A stretch of DNA of 64,000 bases from Vulcanimicrobiota bacterium. GTDB lineage: Bacteria; Vulcanimicrobiota; Vulcanimicrobiia; Vulcanimicrobiales; Vulcanimicrobiaceae. Position numbers and translations under genes: made by a program. Below are positions 62,102-64,000 of this stretch, piece after piece. Position 1 is the first letter of the stretch. Each line of letters begins with the position of its first letter. The stretch spans positions 96,001 through 160,000 of the forward strand of contig CAWETW010000001.1 of NCBI GenBank assembly GCA_963812155.1. Reading direction: 5' to 3'. Under the pieces are notes generated by a model. That model did no database searches, had not been told where the DNA came from, and saw only the letters and a list, made by a program, of their open reading frames with translations.

Positions 62102-63442
62102 GTGGTGCGAATTATCGTCGCCTTGACGTGCGCGCTCGTTTTTGCGTCGTGCGCCGTCCAATCCCAAGAGCCCGCCGTTCCGGGCGATCGCGCGAACGGC
62201 GCCATGGACCCGAATCGCTTCCACTCGCCGATTAAGCACGTCGTGATCCTCGTCCAGGAAAATCGGACCTCGGACTATCTCTTCCAAAACGTCCCCGGCG
62301 CCGACATCGCAAAGACGGCAATCGACTGGCACGGCCACGTCGTCGCGTTAAAGCCGATGTCGTTGGCCGCACCCTACGACCTCGATCACGGGCACGGCGC
62401 CTTCGTTCGCGATTACGACGGCGGAAGGATGGACGGCTTCGACAAGGCGCTGACCCAGACGCAAAAACAGGGCGGCGGCCCGTTCCGTTACGCACCGCGC
62501 AGCGAAGTTCGACCCTATCTCGCGTTGGCGACCCAGTACGTTTTCGCCGACCGGATGTTCCAGAGCGATCAGGCCGGAAGCTTTCCGTCCCATCAGTATC
62601 TGATCAGCGGGTCGTCGGCCGCGCTGCCGCTCACGCCGTTCGACGACTCGAGCGATCCTTTCGACAAAGTCACCCTCGAGAAGGGAGACGCGGGCTGCGA
62701 CGCGCGCAAGGACGTCGTCGTGAATACGATCAACCCGCACAACGGAGCCCCCGGGCCGACGCCCTTTCCATGCTTCGATCGACCGGTGCTCTCCGATTTT
62801 CTCGACCAGCGCGGCGTGTCGTGGCGCTACTATCAGAACCATCTCGGTCCGGGTCTGTGGCACGCCTTCGACGCGATCTCGCACGTGCGCTACGGCCGCG
62901 ACTACGCCAACGTCGTGACGCCGCCGGAGACGGTTCTCGCCGACGCGCGTCACGGCGCGCTTGCGGGCGTCTCCTGGGTGATGCCCGCCGACGCTAAGCA
63001 CTCCGACCACGCGAACAGTGAAAGCGCCGCGGGGCCGTCGTGGGTCGCCGCCGTGGTCAATGCAATCGGCCAAGGCCCTGAGTGGAACTCGACGGCGATT
63101 TTCATTACGTGGGACGACTGGGGCGGATGGTACGATCACGTTTCGCCCCATCAGTATTCGAACTACTTCGAACTCGGCTTTCGCGTGCCGCTCGTCGTCG
63201 TTTCACCGTACGCGAAGAAAGGTTACGTCTCGCACGTCGACCACGAGTTCGGCAGCATCTTGGCGTTTTGCGAACGGGTTTTCGGCATTTCAAAAGGAGC
63301 GCTCCACTCCACCGACGTGCGCGCCGACGCCTTGATGGACGCGTTCGATTTCACGCAGTCTCCGCGCACGTTCGTACGCATCGTCGCACATCGCTTCGTC
63401 CCGGCGCGCGACGACGGGGCGGCATCCGCGGAGGATCCGTAA
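62102..63442 (+). CDS. Phosphoesterase (phospholipase C / acid phosphatase AcpA family) lipoprotein
   Basis: IKHVVILVQENRT, SFPSH, SDH, ITWDDWGGWYDHV, GFRVPLVVVSPYAK. Confidence 0.88.
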   Translation: MVRIIVALTCALVFASCAVQSQEPAVPGDRANGAMDPNRFHSPIKHVVILVQENRTSDYLFQNVPGADIAKTAIDWHGHVVALKPMSLAAPYDLDHGHGAFVRDYDGGRMDGFDKALTQTQKQGGGPFRYAPRSEVRPYLALATQYVFADRMFQSDQAGSFPSHQYLISGSSAALPLTPFDDSSDPFDKVTLEKGDAGCDARKDVVVNTINPHNGAPGPTPFPCFDRPVLSDFLDQRGVSWRYYQNHLGPGLWHAFDAISHVRYGRDYANVVTPPETVLADARHGALAGVSWVMPADAKHSDHANSESAAGPSWVAAVVNAIGQGPEWNSTAIFITWDDWGGWYDHVSPHQYSNYFELGFRVPLVVVSPYAKKGYVSHVDHEFGSILAFCERVFGISKGALHSTDVRADALMDAFDFTQSPRTFVRIVAHRFVPARDDGAASAEDP

Positions 63443-63493
63443 CGGTCTCGCGGTCGCTTGCATGGCGGCGGCTGCCTTGGGTAAGAGCACGGC

Positions 63494-63782
63494 ATGAGCC
63501 ACACGAGCATGCACGACGCGGAGCCGAGCGAACGCCGGCTCACGCTCAACCTCACCTTTCACGGCGTCGCCCGGCAAAACGAACCCCTCGGAGAAAGCGT
63601 CGCGTACCGTCTCGATCCGGTAGGATTCTGGGACGAACGCAGCGCCGGAGGTGCCGGGGAAGACCCGACGCCGAAAAATTACCGAAACCGTTGCCCGCAC
63701 GCTCGCCGAGCATTTCGACGCCGCCGAGCTGCGCGCCGTACTCTCACACCTGACCGCACTTGCGAAGTACCTGCCAACGTGA
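63494..63782 (+). CDS. Small hypothetical protein (apparently frameshifted)
   Basis: ATG 63494; alternative frame ends ...ELRAVLSHLTALAKYLPT-TGA overlapping the next GTG. Confidence 0.4.
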
Positions 63783-64000
63783 CCGGCTGGTCGCAGCGCG
63801 TCACGCGCACGAGCAACGCACTCGATTTGGAGGCGGGCGTTTTCGAAAAAGACGACCCGCGCGCAATTGCGCGTTCGCTGAAACGTTCCGCCGAACACAG
63901 CACGCGGCGCAAGTCCTCCCCATACCGCTCCGCAATGTCGATGCTCACGTTCTACGTCAACCGCGCCGGGAAAACGATGACGAAGAAGCGGCGCGAGGTG
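63779..64000 (+). CDS. DUF3175-like protein, runs off window
   Basis: WSQRVTRTSNALDLEAGVF..DDPRAIARSLKRSAEHSTRRKSSPYRSAMSMLTFYVNRAGK. Confidence 0.8.
   Translation, partial: MTGWSQRVTRTSNALDLEAGVFEKDDPRAIARSLKRSAEHSTRRKSSPYRSAMSMLTFYVNRAGKTMTKKRREV

Noticed and set aside
63494..64000. Single fused ORF from 63494 into the DUF3175-like gene
   Set aside because: A GTGA overlap and better codon usage in the alternative frame indicate two genes joined by indel error

Overview
High-GC (by eye roughly 60-68%) bacterial chromosome segment. A diderm envelope is implied by the TonB-dependent receptor. The many orphan beta-propeller lipoproteins, the GloVer-type repeat protein and the phosphoesterase resemble Eremiobacterota/Vulcanimicrobiota, but this is inference only. 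Housekeeping content: intein-containing class II ribonucleotide reductase (nrdJ) with NrdR boxes, yqeG-aroE, icd, a tyrosine/homogentisate catabolic cluster (hppD, hmgA, fahA), SRP RNA, lepA-rdgB, 8 tRNAs, tig-clpP-clpX, and valS-pyrR-pyrB-pyrC-carA followed by a MoxR/DUF58/VWA module and pdxH. Accessory content: (i) a 2.45-kb decayed islet inserted in the 3' end of tRNA-Lys(CTT) with a 21-bp att duplication, followed by an unannotated ~130-nt four-way-junction structure with possible kissing loops; (ii) a run of secreted or lipoprotein genes, one preceded by a triple 11-bp Pho-box-like repeat; (iii) a tightly coupled 6-gene operon of a TonB-dependent receptor plus five lipoproteins, one a PstS/DING-like phosphate-binding protein without pstCAB, downstream of a LuxR-type regulator. 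Item (iii) is the best candidate for an undescribed system. At least 12 single-base insertions break otherwise intact genes, including essential valS, and are most likely sequencing or assembly errors. No CRISPR array or rRNA was seen.
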